Assembly: GCA_965261695.1 (NCBI GenBank)
Contig: OZ253474.1
Location: forward strand, 3,411,340 to 3,475,339
Reading direction: 5' to 3'
DNA from: Caldilineaceae bacterium
GTDB lineage: Bacteria; Chloroflexota; Anaerolineae; Caldilineales; Caldilineaceae
DNA: 64,000 bases
Part shown: positions 26,697-41,000 of the stretch, in pieces
Numbering within the stretch: the first letter of the stretch is position 1
Layout of the letters: every line of letters starts with the position of its first letter
The notes under the pieces: generated by a model
What the model was told of the DNA's origin: nothing
Seen by the model: the letters and a program-made list of their open reading frames with translations, nothing else
Databases searched by the model: none
Made by a program: the position numbers and the translations under genes

Positions 26697-28070
26697 TTAT
26701 GCGACAAACTCGCTGAACACTCGGTTGCCGAGCAGCAACCCTCTGCTGGTCAGACGCACCCGATCCTGATTGGATTCCAGCAGGCCCGCGTCTTGCAATC
26801 GGTCCAGTTTGGGGCCAAAGACAGACTGCAACGGTTGCCCGTGCATCGCTTCAAATCGGGCGAATGGCATCCCCTCGCGAGTAAGCCGCAGGCCGAGCAT
26901 CATCGTTTCGCCCATGGAAACAGCGGCTGACAACTCCTCGTGAAAGTCAACGTGCGTCGCGCCGGATTCGATGCGTTTTATGTAGCCCTGTACCCCTTTG
27001 CGATTGGACCAGCGCACCGCCGCCCGCCCCGGACTCGAACTCTCCGTCTGTTGCGGACTGGCCGGGCCGCAAAGATCCTGCGGCAATTCGCGCTGAAGGC
27101 GCGCCGACAGGGGGTAGCGCAGATGGCTGTGCGCGCCTGGCCCGACGCCGATCCATTCTTGATTGCGCCAGTAGATGAGATTGTGCCGGCAGGCGAATTC
27201 AGTCCCGCGCGCCCAGTTTGACACTTCGTACTGGGCGTACCCCGCCGTCTGCAGGCGCGCCATTGCGGTCTCGTACAATGCCGCAGCCAGGTCATCATCC
27301 GGCGCCGGCGTCTGCCCGGTCTGCACCCAGTGCGCCAGGGGCGTATCCGGCTCAACGATCAGGCTGTAAAGACTGAGATGCCGGGGCGCCAGGTCCAGCA
27401 CCTTGTCCAGCGTGTCGTTCCAGGCTTCCGCCGATTGCCGAGGCAGGCCGAACATGAAATCGAGATTAATGTTGGCAAAACCGGCCCGCAAAGCCGCGTC
27501 GTAGGCGCGCAGGACATCATCCGTGCCGTGGATGCGGCCCAGAAAGGCCAGCTCCTCTGCCTGAAAACTTTGCACGCCCAAACTCAGCCGATTCACGCCC
27601 AGGCTGTGCAGCAAAGCGAACTGTCCCAAATCCTCGATGCCCGGATTGGCCTCACTGCTGATTTCCACATCCGCTGCCAGGGTGAACTGATCGTGGACCA
27701 ACGTGAAAATCCGGGCGAGTTGACCTGCGCTGAGCACGGTCGGCGTGCCGCCGCCCATGAAGACCGTATGCAGCGTGCGTCCGCCAAGGCGCGCCGCCCA
27801 ACGGGCCAACTCCTGGCAAAGCGACTGGGTATAGGATTCGTAGAGCGGTTCCAGACTTGCGTAGGTATTGAAGTCGCAATAGGGGCACTTGTGGGCGCAG
27901 AACGGGATGTGGATGTAGAGGCCGAGTGGCTGCTCCTTTCCGGGATCGGAGCGGCCTTCGGGCCAGTGCCAACGGCCGCCAGACGCAACGTGCGCGGCGT
28001 CATCGACGCAATCTTTCCTCCCTCCGCGGCGCGGCGTATATATCGGACGCAATGCAGCCGAAACGTTCAT
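26697..28070 (-). CDS. hemW: radical SAM family heme chaperone HemW / HemN-like protein
   Basis: Radical SAM cluster motif IPFCAHKCPYCDF and a HemN_C-like C-terminus. The start is uncertain (ATG 28070 chosen; the ORF extends to 28145). Confidence 0.85.
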   Translation of the reverse strand: MNVSAALRPIYTPRRGGRKDCVDDAAHVASGGRWHWPEGRSDPGKEQPLGLYIHIPFCAHKCPYCDFNTYASLEPLYESYTQSLCQELARWAARLGGRTLHTVFMGGGTPTVLSAGQLARIFTLVHDQFTLAADVEISSEANPGIEDLGQFALLHSLGVNRLSLGVQSFQAEELAFLGRIHGTDDVLRAYDAALRAGFANINLDFMFGLPRQSAEAWNDTLDKVLDLAPRHLSLYSLIVEPDTPLAHWVQTGQTPAPDDDLAAALYETAMARLQTAGYAQYEVSNWARGTEFACRHNLIYWRNQEWIGVGPGAHSHLRYPLSARLQRELPQDLCGPASPQQTESSSPGRAAVRWSNRKGVQGYIKRIESGATHVDFHEELSAAVSMGETMMLGLRLTREGMPFARFEAMHGQPLQSVFGPKLDRLQDAGLLESNQDRVRLTSRGLLLGNRVFSEFVA

Positions 28071-28153
28071 CAACCCTATGTCGGCGCTCCTTGGAGGGGG
28101 GAGAGTGAGGAGGAAAGCGAGAGCGCCTCGCTCGTCACGTCTCACTCTTGCGG

Positions 28154-28882
28154 TCAGGGATTTTCCAGCCTGAATCCGTGGCCGCGCACAGTGATAATAT
28201 AGTGAGATCTGTCGTCGTGTTCGTAGAGCCGTTCCCGCAGCCGGCGCACAAGCGCGTCAATGGCCTGCTTGCTCACACCGTCTCCGCTGGTCTCCGGCCA
28301 CACGGCCTGCACGATCTGATCACGGGTCATTACGCCGCCCCCCTCATGCCAGAGCGCGCTCAGCAGCCGGTATTGATGCAGGCTCAAGGGCGGCTCCAAC
28401 ATCGTGCCGTTGAGCCACACCTGACGGGTCTCTTCTTCAATGCGCAAACCTGAACCGGGCTGGGCTTCGGATTCGGGCGAGCCCAACGTCAGGGGCGTGG
28501 TGGCCTCGTCATCGACAAAGGCCATCTTGAATCGCAGCGCGATCTGCACCTCATCGCCATCGGACAGACTATGGGCCGCGTCGGCGATATCCACACCATT
28601 GACATGGGTTCCGTTTTTGCTGTCCAAATCCTCGATCGCATAGCCGTAGCCGTCCCAGAAGATACGGGCGTGGTTGCGGCTCACCTGGCGATCCGGCAGG
28701 GTAACGTGGCATTCCTCGTGGCGCCCGATGATCAGGGGCGTGGTGCGGCTGAGGGGCCAACCCTGGCCGGTCTGGTTGCCATGGCGCAGGATCAGCATTG
28801 CAGTCTCCCGCTGACGGGCTACAGGTTGCTCTCTACGAATATCGACGAAACTTTGTTCAGCGTTGTGGCCCTCTTGCGTCAT
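28154..28882 (-). CDS. FHA-domain protein fused to an OmpR/PhoB-type winged-helix DNA-binding domain
   Basis: FHA signature [24 protein letters not shown]...[17 protein letters not shown]-terminal w[16 protein letters not shown]...[10 protein letters not shown]...[13 protein letters not shown]...[10 protein letters not shown]. Start at ATG 28882 (alternative 28906). Confidence 0.8.
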   Translation of the reverse strand: MTQEGHNAEQSFVDIRREQPVARQRETAMLILRHGNQTGQGWPLSRTTPLIIGRHEECHVTLPDRQVSRNHARIFWDGYGYAIEDLDSKNGTHVNGVDIADAAHSLSDGDEVQIALRFKMAFVDDEATTPLTLGSPESEAQPGSGLRIEEETRQVWLNGTMLEPPLSLHQYRLLSALWHEGGGVMTRDQIVQAVWPETSGDGVSKQAIDALVRRLRERLYEHDDRSHYIITVRGHGFRLENP

Positions 28883-29234
28883 TTCCAGCCCTCTTGGACA
28901 TACCATGCAGGTGATGTTTCAGCGCTATTTGCAAAATCTACCGTCTGTTCATATAGTATAGTTTCCCGCTACCATCCCCCGATCTAAAGTGGCGATGGCA
29001 GTACCGAATACGTCATGATATAGATGCCGGAGGGAAGTTCATTATAACGAAGCAAGCTGGATACGTCAACCAATTTCTGAAATCGGGCACTTCCCGGCTT
29101 GGAGCATTCCCATCTATGAGGCGGGATGGTTTGGCCGGTGGGATCCTGTTGCGGGCGCGACCGCTGCGCAAAATGAGCGGCGGCTCCCTGGTTTTTTGCA
29201 TGGCACTTTAGCGTCAATAATTTAGAGGTGTCTC

Positions 29235-30239
29235 TTGGCTACAGTGTTAGATTCGGACTCGATTCTGCGCGGGCGCTATGAAATTGTCCGGCTGGTAGGT
29301 CAGGGCGGAATGGGCGCTGTCTATCGCGCCAACGATCTGCGGCTGGACGGGCGCGTCTGCGCGATCAAGGAGATCCTGCCCAACCTGCTGATCGGCCAGC
29401 GGGGATCGGGCGTGGATCTCGGGCAGACGATTGAACAGTTTTACCAGGAGGCCAGTATCCTGGCGCGGCTCGATCATCCCAACCTGCCCAAAGTGTCAGA
29501 CTACTTTTCCCTGGACGGACGCGAATACCTGGTGATGGATTTTATCGAGGGCCGCGATCTGCAGGAGATTCTGAGCGAGATGCTGCGACAGCAGAAACGC
29601 CTGTCGGAGGCGCAGGTGTTGTTGTGGGCCGCGCAGCTTCTGGACGCGCTCGAATACCTGCACGGCCAGGATCCGCCCGTGCTCCACCGCGACATCAAGC
29701 CGGGCAATATCAAAATCACGCCCGAAAACAGACTGAAACTGGTCGATTTCGGCCTGGTCAAGATACTGCAACCGGATGACGCGCGCACGGTGACGGTGGT
29801 GCAGGGCCGGGGCACCGTCGCCTATACGCCCCTCGAGCAGTACGGCGGCGATACCGGCCACACGGATGTGCGCACGGATATCTACAGCGTGGGCGCAACC
29901 CTCTATCACCTGCTTGCCGGAACTCCGCCGCAGGATGCGAAGGAGCGCTTTCTGAAGTCTGGGCTGCTCGATCCTCTGCGGCAGTTGAACCCGGCCATCT
30001 CAACGCGCACGGAACGAGCCATCTTCCAGGCACTGGCGATGCATCCGGACGAACGACCGCCCAATGTCGTAGCCTTGCGCGAGGCGCTCTTCGGCGTAGA
30101 TAACACCAGGAAAAACCCGACGACTGACCTGTTGCCGCCTCCTTCCTGGATTGAAATCATGCACAAAAACAGGGCGCTGCTCGGGATGACCATCGTTCTC
30201 TTCATCGTCGCGACCATCATCAGCATCCTGGACTTCTGA
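29235..30239 (+). CDS. Hanks-type serine/threonine protein kinase with C-terminal TM helix
   Basis: GQGGMGAV P-loop, CAIKEI lysine, HRDIKPGNI catalytic loop, DFG, TPLEQ activation segment, C-terminal hydrophobic [21 protein letters not shown] start after AGAGGTG. Confidence 0.9.
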   Translation: MATVLDSDSILRGRYEIVRLVGQGGMGAVYRANDLRLDGRVCAIKEILPNLLIGQRGSGVDLGQTIEQFYQEASILARLDHPNLPKVSDYFSLDGREYLVMDFIEGRDLQEILSEMLRQQKRLSEAQVLLWAAQLLDALEYLHGQDPPVLHRDIKPGNIKITPENRLKLVDFGLVKILQPDDARTVTVVQGRGTVAYTPLEQYGGDTGHTDVRTDIYSVGATLYHLLAGTPPQDAKERFLKSGLLDPLRQLNPAISTRTERAIFQALAMHPDERPPNVVALREALFGVDNTRKNPTTDLLPPPSWIEIMHKNRALLGMTIVLFIVATIISILDF

Positions 30240-30412
30240 GCGGTAACGGGCGCTCCCTGCCATCCTCGTTCCGCCACTGTCATCCCTGCGCTGTGCGCTG
30301 TGTAATGAGATGGCGGCCCGTGTTCGTGTCGTTCCGATGATAGGTTGGATCTGAGCGGCTGGTTCCTGTCAGCCGCGGCGCAGAAGTTAGGCCGAACCAA
30401 CGCTGTGAAAAT

Positions 30413-30442
30413 TTGCGCAATCTCTTAGCGCTCTTTTATACT
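30413..30442 (+). promoter_or_regulatory. sigma70-like promoter candidate for the atp operon
   Basis: TTGCGC (30413-30418), 18-nt spacer, TATACT (30437-30442), about 260 nt upstream of the atpB ATG. Hexamer match only. Confidence 0.35.
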
Positions 30443-30700
30443 GTAAACAGACTCTCACAAGCGGCAACCCCACTGTTGCGCATCACTGCGAGGCGCGAGA
30501 TGGTGGGCCGTCGCATTCTGAAGGGTGGGCCGGAGGAATCGGTTCGTCACGCGCCGGCGGGTCGAGGACGAGGCCGCCGGAGGTTGCAAACAGGCGTTGG
30601 GCGGTGGCTGAAGAGAAGCGCCGCTGCGCTCGCATCGGTCAGGACAGACGTCAAGACAACCCCAGCAAATATCAGGAGGGCGGATTTTATCCGCAGACTC

Positions 30701-31648
30701 ATGAAACGTCTCCAATCATTCTTCTCGAACGCACGCAATCGCAATGTGACCATTGGCGTTGTCGCGTTGCTCGTTCTGAGTATGCTGCCCTGGTTTCGGG
30801 TGGGGCCACCCCACGTAGAATTGGCGGCCGAATCGCTGCTGGAGCACGGGCCGAAGTGGTTTACCAACAGCCTGCTGACAACCATTCTGGTCGACATTGT
30901 CATTATTCTGATGGCCGTTTTCGCTGTGTCCAGAATGAAGGAAGTGCCCGGCGGCTGGCAGAACGTTGTCGAGATGCTGGTCGAAGGGATTTGGAACCTG
31001 ACCCAGAGCATCGCCGGACACGGCTCTGCCAACGCCCGCAAGTTCTTCCCCTGGGTGATTACCATTTTCATCTTCGTTCTGATCAGCAACTACATCGGCC
31101 TCTTGCCGGGCTTTGGCTCGATAGGTGTGGAGCATAGCGCCGGGGGCGGGGACCACGCGCAGGTCCAATTGGGCAACCAGGTGGCGAAGGTCGGGGGAGA
31201 GGCGGACGCTGTCGCTGAGGCCGCGGAAGAGGGCAAGCCGGTGCTTGTGCCGCTGTTTCGCAGCCCGTCGGCCGACCTGAATATGACGCTGGCGCTGGCG
31301 CTCATCTCTGTTTTCATGACCCAATTCTTTGGCGTACAGGCATTGGGCATCCGCTATTTCACCAAGTTCTTCAAGAATCCGTTCAAGGATTTTATGGGGT
31401 CTATAGTGGGCTTCTTCGAGTTGATCGCCGAGATATCGAAGATCATCAGCTTCTCTTTTCGTCTCTTCGGCAATGTCTTTGCCGGTGAAGTCGTGTTGCT
31501 GGTGATGGCGTTTCTTGTCACGTTTCTCCTGCCCAGCGTGTTTTACGGGCTGGAGTTGTTCATCGGTTTCATCCAGGCGCTTGTATTCACGTTGCTGACG
31601 CTGGCCTTCTTTACCATGGCCACCGTGAGCCATGACGATCACCACTAA
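30701..31648 (+). CDS. atpB: F0F1 ATP synthase subunit a
   Basis: Start set at ATG 30701 (MKRLQSFF...). The upstream part of ORF 30413.. is Arg-rich and non-membrane. Conserved C-terminal LRLFGNVFAGE (essential Arg) and ...QALVFTLLT. Confidence 0.9.
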   Translation: MKRLQSFFSNARNRNVTIGVVALLVLSMLPWFRVGPPHVELAAESLLEHGPKWFTNSLLTTILVDIVIILMAVFAVSRMKEVPGGWQNVVEMLVEGIWNLTQSIAGHGSANARKFFPWVITIFIFVLISNYIGLLPGFGSIGVEHSAGGGDHAQVQLGNQVAKVGGEADAVAEAAEEGKPVLVPLFRSPSADLNMTLALALISVFMTQFFGVQALGIRYFTKFFKNPFKDFMGSIVGFFELIAEISKIISFSFRLFGNVFAGEVVLLVMAFLVTFLLPSVFYGLELFIGFIQALVFTLLTLAFFTMATVSHDDHH

Positions 31649-31744
31649 CACCAGTTGCCAGTGACCAGTTGCCGGTGACCAGTAGAGTTCGGGAACGACT
31701 GGTGTGTCTAGCCACTGGCCACGAACAACTAATCATTACAGTAA

Positions 31745-31990
<246 letters not shown>

Positions 31991-32097
31991 ACCAACGCGC
32001 GGTGTCCAGTCGTCAGTGACCAGTGCTCACTTCCAGTGGCCAGGGCAGTTGCTGGCCACTAGCCACTAGCCACTGCAATGTATCCAGGAGGTTGGCC

Positions 32098-32607
32098 TTG
32101 GACGCTCTCGATAAATTAGGCATCATTTGGCAGTTGTTGCTTGCGCAGATCATCAACTTTGGTCTGTTGATGGTTGTTTTGCAGTTGATACTTTACAAGC
32201 CGGTTCTGAATATGCTGGAGCAGCGCAAGCAGCGCATCGCCCAGGGTTTGGAGCAGGCGGACAAAGCGGCGCACGCGGCCGCCGAAGCCGAGGCGGAGAA
32301 GCAGGCGATCCTCGAGGAGGCGCGCCGCGAAGCGCAGGAAGTGCGGGCACAGGCGACCCGCGACGCCGAACGCATCGCGCAGGATATCCGCAGCCGCGCT
32401 GAACAGGAGGCCCAGGATATTCGCATCAAGGGCCAGGCCGATGCCGAAGCGCAGACCGCTGCCGTGATGGCCGACGCCAGAAAGCAGATCGCCGATCTGG
32501 CGATCGCCGCGACCGAACAGATCCTGGGCCGCGAGCTGGCGAACCGGGATGAGCAGGAGCGCTTTGTCGCCGACTATTTGGCCCAGCAAAACGGGAGCGG
32601 CACATGA
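32098..32607 (+). CDS. atpF: F0F1 ATP synthase subunit b
   Basis: TTG 32098 lies 6 nt after AGGAGG (32086-32091). N-terminal TM ([20 protein letters not shown]) and then a long charged helix. Position between atpE and atpH. Confidence 0.85.
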   Translation: MDALDKLGIIWQLLLAQIINFGLLMVVLQLILYKPVLNMLEQRKQRIAQGLEQADKAAHAAAEAEAEKQAILEEARREAQEVRAQATRDAERIAQDIRSRAEQEAQDIRIKGQADAEAQTAAVMADARKQIADLAIAATEQILGRELANRDEQERFVADYLAQQNGSGT

Positions 32608-33101
32608 GCGAGCGCGCGACGGCTGAAGCATATGCCCAGATCGTTCTGGAGACGATCGTCGGGCAGTGGCAGACGGCTTTCAGCGCGGTCGCTGACGCGC
32701 TCGAGCAGGATCCGAAACTGGCCGCCGACGTCGAAGGCATCGAGAAGGCGTTCCCCGACGACACCGCGCCGGAGGTGCGGAACTTCGTCAAGACGCTCGT
32801 GCAGGAGAAGGACACATCCCTTCTGCCGCGTATCGTCAGCGCCCTGGGCGCAAGCCTGCGCGGCGAGACCGGGCCGCAGTCAGCCGACATCACAAGCGCG
32901 GTCGAGTTGGGCGACGACGCGCAGGAGCAGATTCGCCGGCAACTCGCCAAACAGTACGGCGAGGACCTCGTCTTCAGTTTTGACGTGGACCCGTCGCTGA
33001 TGGGCGGCCTGCTCATTCGAGTTGGCGATCAGTTGATCGACAACTCGGTCGCGAATCGGCTGATGGCCCTGCGCGAATTGATCGCGGCCGAGGTTCGTTG
33101 A
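32604..33101 (+). CDS. atpH: F0F1 ATP synthase subunit delta (OSCP)
   Basis: 165 aa. Overlaps the atpF stop by 4 nt. C-terminal ...[21 protein letters not shown] is typical of delta/OSCP. Confidence 0.88.
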   Translation: MSERATAEAYAQIVLETIVGQWQTAFSAVADALEQDPKLAADVEGIEKAFPDDTAPEVRNFVKTLVQEKDTSLLPRIVSALGASLRGETGPQSADITSAVELGDDAQEQIRRQLAKQYGEDLVFSFDVDPSLMGGLLIRVGDQLIDNSVANRLMALRELIAAEVR

Positions 33102-33204
33102 GCTTGGTTTCTGGTCTATCGTTTTGGGTCTTTGGCAACCGTCCTTGACGGCATAGTCTCGCCAAAAGCCTGAGACTGACTACTCAAAACTGGAGTGAAC
33201 GCAT

Positions 33205-34734
33205 ATGGCAGTTCAGACAGAGGAACTGACCCAGGAGTTTACCGACCGGCTCAAACAGCAGATCCTCAACTTCAAACCGGCTCCCAGCCGCGTGGACGTG
33301 GGTGAAGTCGTCGAAGTTGGCGACGGCATCGCCATCATTTCCGGCCTGCAAGGGGTCATGGCGAGCGAGTTGGTCGAGTTTACCAAAACAGGTGTGCTCG
33401 GTATCGCCCAGAACCTGAATACTGATTCGGTCGGTATCATCATTATGGGCGAATACACGAAGATCGAAGAGGGAGACCTTGTGCGCAGTACCGGTCGCCT
33501 GGCTTCCGTTCCTGTGGGTGACGAACTGATCGGGCGCGTGGTCAACGCCGTCGGCCAACCTCTCGACGGCAAGGGCCCGCTCGACTCGACCGCGACCCGC
33601 CCGGTGGAGCGCATCGCGCCCGGCGTGGTGCTGCGTAAAGGCGTTGATACCCCCGTCGAGACCGGCATCACCGTCGTTGACGCGCTCATCCCGATCGGGC
33701 GCGGCCAGCGTGAACTGATCATCGGTGACCGCCAGACCGGCAAGACCGCCCTCGCGGTTGATACGATTATCAACCAGAAGGGCAAAGACCTGATCTGTAT
33801 CTACGTCGCCATCGGGCAGAAGCAGTCGACGGTGGCGCAGGTGGTGGGCACGCTGGACAAGTACGGCGCGATGGATCACACGATCATCGTGACGGCCTCC
33901 GCCGCGGACCCGGCCGCATTGCAGTTCCTGGCCCCCTACGCCGGTTGCGCCATGGGCGAGGAGTTCATGGAGCAGGGCCGCGACGCGCTGATCGTCTACG
34001 ATGACCTCTCCAAACATGCCCAAGCTTACCGCCAGGTATCGCTGCTGCTGCGTCGTCCCCCTGGCCGCGAGGCCTATCCCGGCGATGTCTTCTATCTGCA
34101 CAGCCGCCTGCTGGAACGGGCCGCGCGCATGGATGATGAGTTCGGCGGCGGCAGCCTGACCGCGCTGCCGGTGATCGAAACGCAGGCCGGCGACGTGTCG
34201 GCATACATTCCCACCAACGTTATCTCCATCACCGACGGCCAGATCTTCCTGGAAGGCGACCTGTTTTACGCCGGTATCCGCCCGGCCATGAACGTCGGCC
34301 TATCGGTCAGCCGGGTGGGGAGTTCCGCCCAGACCCGGGCGATGAAAGGCGTGGCCGGTCGGCTGAAGCTGGAGTTCAGCCAGTTCCGCGAGTTGGCGGC
34401 CTTTGCCCAGTTCGGCTCCGACCTGGACGCGGCGACCCAGCGCCAACTCAATCGCGGCCAGCGCATCCAGGAAACATTGAAGCAGCCCCAGTACGAGCCT
34501 TTGCAGTTGGACAAGCAGGTCATGAATCTCTTCGCAGTGACGAACGGCTATGTCGACGAGATTGCCGTCACCGACCTGAAACGCTGGGAACTGGAGATGC
34601 ACGCCTACATGGACGCCAACCACCCGGAAATCGGCCAGACCATCCTGCGCGCGCGGGACCTGCCCGATGAATCGCTTGATTCGCTGCGCTTGGCCCTGGA
34701 GACGTTCAACAGCAATTGGAATGGGTCTGCCTAG
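33205..34734 (+). CDS. atpA: F0F1 ATP synthase subunit alpha
   Basis: 509 aa. Walker A GDRQTGKT and the highly conserved alpha-subunit blocks ([28 protein letters not shown]). Confidence 0.98.
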   Translation: MAVQTEELTQEFTDRLKQQILNFKPAPSRVDVGEVVEVGDGIAIISGLQGVMASELVEFTKTGVLGIAQNLNTDSVGIIIMGEYTKIEEGDLVRSTGRLASVPVGDELIGRVVNAVGQPLDGKGPLDSTATRPVERIAPGVVLRKGVDTPVETGITVVDALIPIGRGQRELIIGDRQTGKTALAVDTIINQKGKDLICIYVAIGQKQSTVAQVVGTLDKYGAMDHTIIVTASAADPAALQFLAPYAGCAMGEEFMEQGRDALIVYDDLSKHAQAYRQVSLLLRRPPGREAYPGDVFYLHSRLLERAARMDDEFGGGSLTALPVIETQAGDVSAYIPTNVISITDGQIFLEGDLFYAGIRPAMNVGLSVSRVGSSAQTRAMKGVAGRLKLEFSQFRELAAFAQFGSDLDAATQRQLNRGQRIQETLKQPQYEPLQLDKQVMNLFAVTNGYVDEIAVTDLKRWELEMHAYMDANHPEIGQTILRARDLPDESLDSLRLALETFNSNWNGSA

Positions 34735-34829
34735 CAGTTTTTCGTGGTCAGTTTTCAGTAATTGGTAACACCGCAAGGCAGAGCGCCGGGCAGTTGCCAA
34801 AAGCCGGAAACTAAGAACTGGAAACAAAC

Positions 34830-37185
<2,356 letters not shown>

Positions 37186-37186
<1 letters not shown>

Positions 37187-37617
37187 TGACGATTCAGGTT
37201 GAGATTGTAACCCCCAGTCAGCAGCTGTTCAGCGGGGACGTGCAGATGATCACCGTGCCCGGTGTCGAGGGCGAGATGGGCATTTTGGGCGGCCATGCGC
37301 CCCTGCTGACGACGCTCAACATCGGCGAGATCACGCTTCACCGCGCCGACGGCGAGACCGAGTACATCGTGGTCAGCGGCGGCGTGGTCGAGGTGCGGCC
37401 GGACAAGGTGATCGTGCTGGCGCGTTCGGCTGAGCGCGCCGAGGAGATCGACATCGCCCGCGCCGAGGCCGCGATGGAGCTGGCCGAAGAGGCGCTGCGC
37501 ACGCGTCCGGACGAAGAGCGCCGCCCGGTGGAGGTCGCCTATCGCCGCAGCCAGTTGAGATTGCAGGTGGCCCGTCGTCGCCGCAGCTCGCGTCCGGGCG
37601 TGTTTGTGGAGGATTAA
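37186..37617 (+). CDS. atpC: F0F1 ATP synthase subunit epsilon
   Basis: 143 aa. The ATG overlaps the atpD stop (TAATG). N-terminal beta-sandwich pattern VEIVTP...VPGVEGEMGILGGHAPL and a helical C-terminus. Confidence 0.93.
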
Positions 37618-37637
37618 GGGTAGGATTGTCTGGCAGT

Positions 37638-37678
37638 AGAGAAGTTCAGGCCGGGTCTTCGCACGTGAAGGCCCGGCC
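37638..37678 (+). terminator. Rho-independent terminator of the atp operon
   Basis: Stem AGGCCGGGTCTTC (37638-37650) pairs with GAAGGCCCGGCCT (37657-37669) with one mismatch. 6-nt loop, followed by TTTTGGTTTG. It starts 21 nt after the atpC stop. Confidence 0.75.
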
Positions 37679-38074
37679 TTTTGGTTTGTACGCTCTTTTG
37701 CTTCGTGTCGTCATCTGCCGGACGATGCGCAGATACGGAAGCAAGCTGAGAAGATGTCGCCGCCTCCAACGCAATTTGCGGATTCAACCACTCCAAGCGT
37801 CAGTTATGCAGCGCCCCCATTCCTGTATGCCTTATCCTCGGAGGATGCGTCCACCTCTTCTTGAAGCATTCGCAGAAGTTGTCGGCGTTTGGCACTCGTC
37901 ATGCTTGCCAGTGTTTCTTGGGGGTCTGGCCCCGCCATTTTTACTTGAGGCGTAGCCGTTTCAAGGACACGCCGGCGTATCTTTTCGCCAATCTCCATTA
38001 TCATGTCCGGTGTCAATGTCTCCGCCACTCTGCCTGACTGTCGCAATCAAGCGCATGACTTTGTAGGCAGCCCC

Positions 38075-41000
38075 CTACTTCGGCATATCGCGCAGCGCAT
38101 TGAAGATCGGCAGATTGCTCCAGTCGTTCCTGACAATGCCCCACTGCGCCTTTTCCGTGCCGTCGGCCACCACGCGGAAGTTCAGGTTCCACAAAATGGC
38201 CGGGCCGGCCCAACCCCAGTTGCGCATCATCTGATAGGCCTCAACCGTCCAGGCGGCCTGTTCCTCGTAGGTGTTGTCGTTGGCGTAGCCGTAGCGCGCG
38301 TCGAATGCCCCGCCCGCCGCCCAGCCGAACTCGGTCGGCCAGATGCGCTTGTTGGCGGCGCCATAAGTGACGGCGATGTTGCGATAGCCCTCCATCGTGC
38401 TACGGAAGCTCCACGAATGGTGGGGGGTGTCGCAGGCGCCGTTGAAGCCGGTGTTGCCATGGATCTTAATCGCTTCACAGCCCTGCTCCCACGTGTAGGA
38501 CGGCGGCACGTTGTAACCGCTGGGATGGGCGCCGATGCCGTCCATATAGTTGTTCAGTCCAGCCTGAAACATCCTCTCCAGATATTCAAAGTCATCCATC
38601 GCCGCGATGCCGCCATGGCTTTGCGGCGTCCCGTTGCTGGCGGCCGGCGTCAACGCGCCGCTGATAACCAGCATGGACGGGCACGCAGCTTTGATGGAAG
38701 AGTAGGACGGTTTCAAGAGTTCGACATATTTGGCCGGATCCAAAGGTAGGTTGCCCCACTCGTAATGCAAATTCTGCTCGTTCCACACCTCAATGGCTTT
38801 GAGGGATGTGCCGCAATACTTGCCCGCCATCGCCCCCAGGAATCTGGCGAACGTATTCGGGTCCCGGGGAGGGCCGCCTACGCTGGCATGCCCAGGCTCA
38901 CGCGCCCAAGACGGCGCATTGACAACGCTGAACAGAAGGCTGATGCCGGCGCCGTTGGCCGCGTCAATGATGCCTTGCATCGACCCCCAATCGTACTGGC
39001 CAGGGCTCGCCTCAAAGACCTTCCACTCGATCTGCTGCTTCACCCAACCGAAGCCCAGCTCGCGGGTCTTCTGCATCACCTGCCCGGCCTGACCGTTGTG
39101 GACCATGTGGGCCTGGACTCCGTAACCGAAACTGCCCCCGCCGCTGGGCGCTGGCGCGCTGACCACTGCGGGCGCCGCTGCAGGTGGCGCGGGGATGTCA
39201 GTAATCACGGCGACCTGGTTCAGCGCGCCGTCCGTCGTCACCACCTGACCTGACACCCAACCTTTTTGGTCGCCAAAATTGATTTGCCACCAATCCCCAG
39301 CTTGGTTCTTCCCGACGATACGATAGGGTTGATTGGCGTTCAGCAGACCAATTTTGTTATAGGCTCTACCCGGCCCTTCGCGCACATTGACGGGCTGCAC
39401 GCTCGCCAGCCTCGCGAATTCAGGCGTAGCCGTCGGCACGGGCGTGGGCGTAGCGACCGGCGTAGGCGTCGCCAGGCTCATGGCCACCACATTCCCCGGA
39501 CTGGCCACCTGGCGGTTCCCCAAGTTGGACGTTTGCACAACCTGGGCCTCGACGCGCACATCCCCTGCGCCAACCGGCGCCGTAAACGTGTGTACCGGAT
39601 TGTCGATAGGGACGGCAACCTGCTGCATCACAGTTCCGTCGGGGTGGAAGATCGTATAGACGACCTCCAGCCGCGTGGGGCTGGGATCGACGCCCCCTCC
39701 CGTCTGGAACTGGCGCGCGACCTCCCACAAGTCCGGATCCAGATCCCCGCTATCCGCGTCGCGCACCATCACCTGGGTCACTTTATATCGGTCCAGCAGG
39801 CTGAGTTTGTGGGCGAAGCTGCTGCTGTTTTCGATGGTTACAGCGCGCTCCATCTGCTGGTCGTCGATGTAACTGTAGACATAAGCGCCGATCGCGCCAT
39901 CGTAGACCAGGGGACGAGAGATGCGCGGGTTAACCACAGAAAGCTGAACAGGTTGACCGGGCAGCATCACCCCATCCTCTCCCCCCAGGCGGATCTGGGC
40001 GACAAGCGGCTGGAGAGCCTGCTGAAAGCCCTTCAACCACAGCTGGCCCCCGCTCCGCTCTACCGACATGCCCGGCAGTTCCACCTGTACCTTGCGCCGG
40101 TCGATCTGGTCGGTGGCGTAGGCCAGCAACGCGCCCATCTGCCCGCCCAACTGGTAGGCCGCGGGGTCCGCCGGCCCTGGGATCAGCACGCGGTCGGCAA
40201 CTCTGCCCAGAGCCTGCCAGTCGTATCCGCGTGTGTTCCACTCGACCGGGGAGATCGGTTGGGGCGATTCCACGCGCACAGCGAGCCAGCGGTTCACATC
40301 CGGCGCGTGCAATTGCTCAGCCAGGAGTTCGATAAAGTGGGTGAACTCCGCCTCACTGGCCAGCGCCGCCTCCATACCGCGGTAGTCGATGATAACGCCC
40401 GGGTAGCTATACTGCACCAGCAGGTTCGTCACCGTATTGAGTTGATTCTGAAGCTGGCCCGGTTCGACCAGCATATTGTGCAGCAGGTCGCTGCGCGGCG
40501 GCTCCATGCCGCGCCAGTTGCGCAGGACCGGCACAACCGCATAGTTGCCGACGGGAGAGTTGGTGCGCTCAACGTCGAGAGCGCCGTCCCCTCGCAGATA
40601 AAAACCGGCGACGGCAAGAGTTGTAATGGCGGAATTGGCCAGAATGGGCGACACATGTTCGCCTGTACCGATATTGGTCCCCACCCGCGGCGGCGGCGCG
40701 CTGGTCTGCATTACGACGAAATTCGACGGCGGCAACCCGTCAACGCGGGTTTCGATGCGGTCGTCCATGGTCAGGACCGAACTGGGCACAAATTCCCAAC
40801 TGTCCCCATCCCAACTGTACAGTTCCAGCGTTTCGTAAGGCTGGCTGTCATTGGGAATCGGGATCTGCACGATGCTCTGCTCAACGCGACCACCGCGACC
40901 GCTCACCTCATAGATCGGGCTTTTGGCTTCCAGACCGGTGTTGAGCAGCGCGTCGCGGGCGCTTATCCAATCCTGCCCCGCGTTGCCGTCCAGAAACTCC

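Noticed and set aside
30413-30700. Long N-terminal extension of atpB (track ORF starts at 30413), or a separate atpI-like gene upstream
   Set aside because: The extension is Arg/Gly-rich and not hydrophobic. The first membrane-like segment follows ATG 30701. No small hydrophobic AtpI/AtpZ-type ORF is visible in 30240-30700.
37804-38046. 80-aa TTG-initiated ORF downstream of the 1070-aa gene (MRQSGRVAETLTPDMIMEIGEKIRRRVLE...)
   Set aside because: It has a non-ATG start, no clear RBS, several rare ATA codons and no recognisable motif. It might be a real small protein but cannot be supported from sequence alone.
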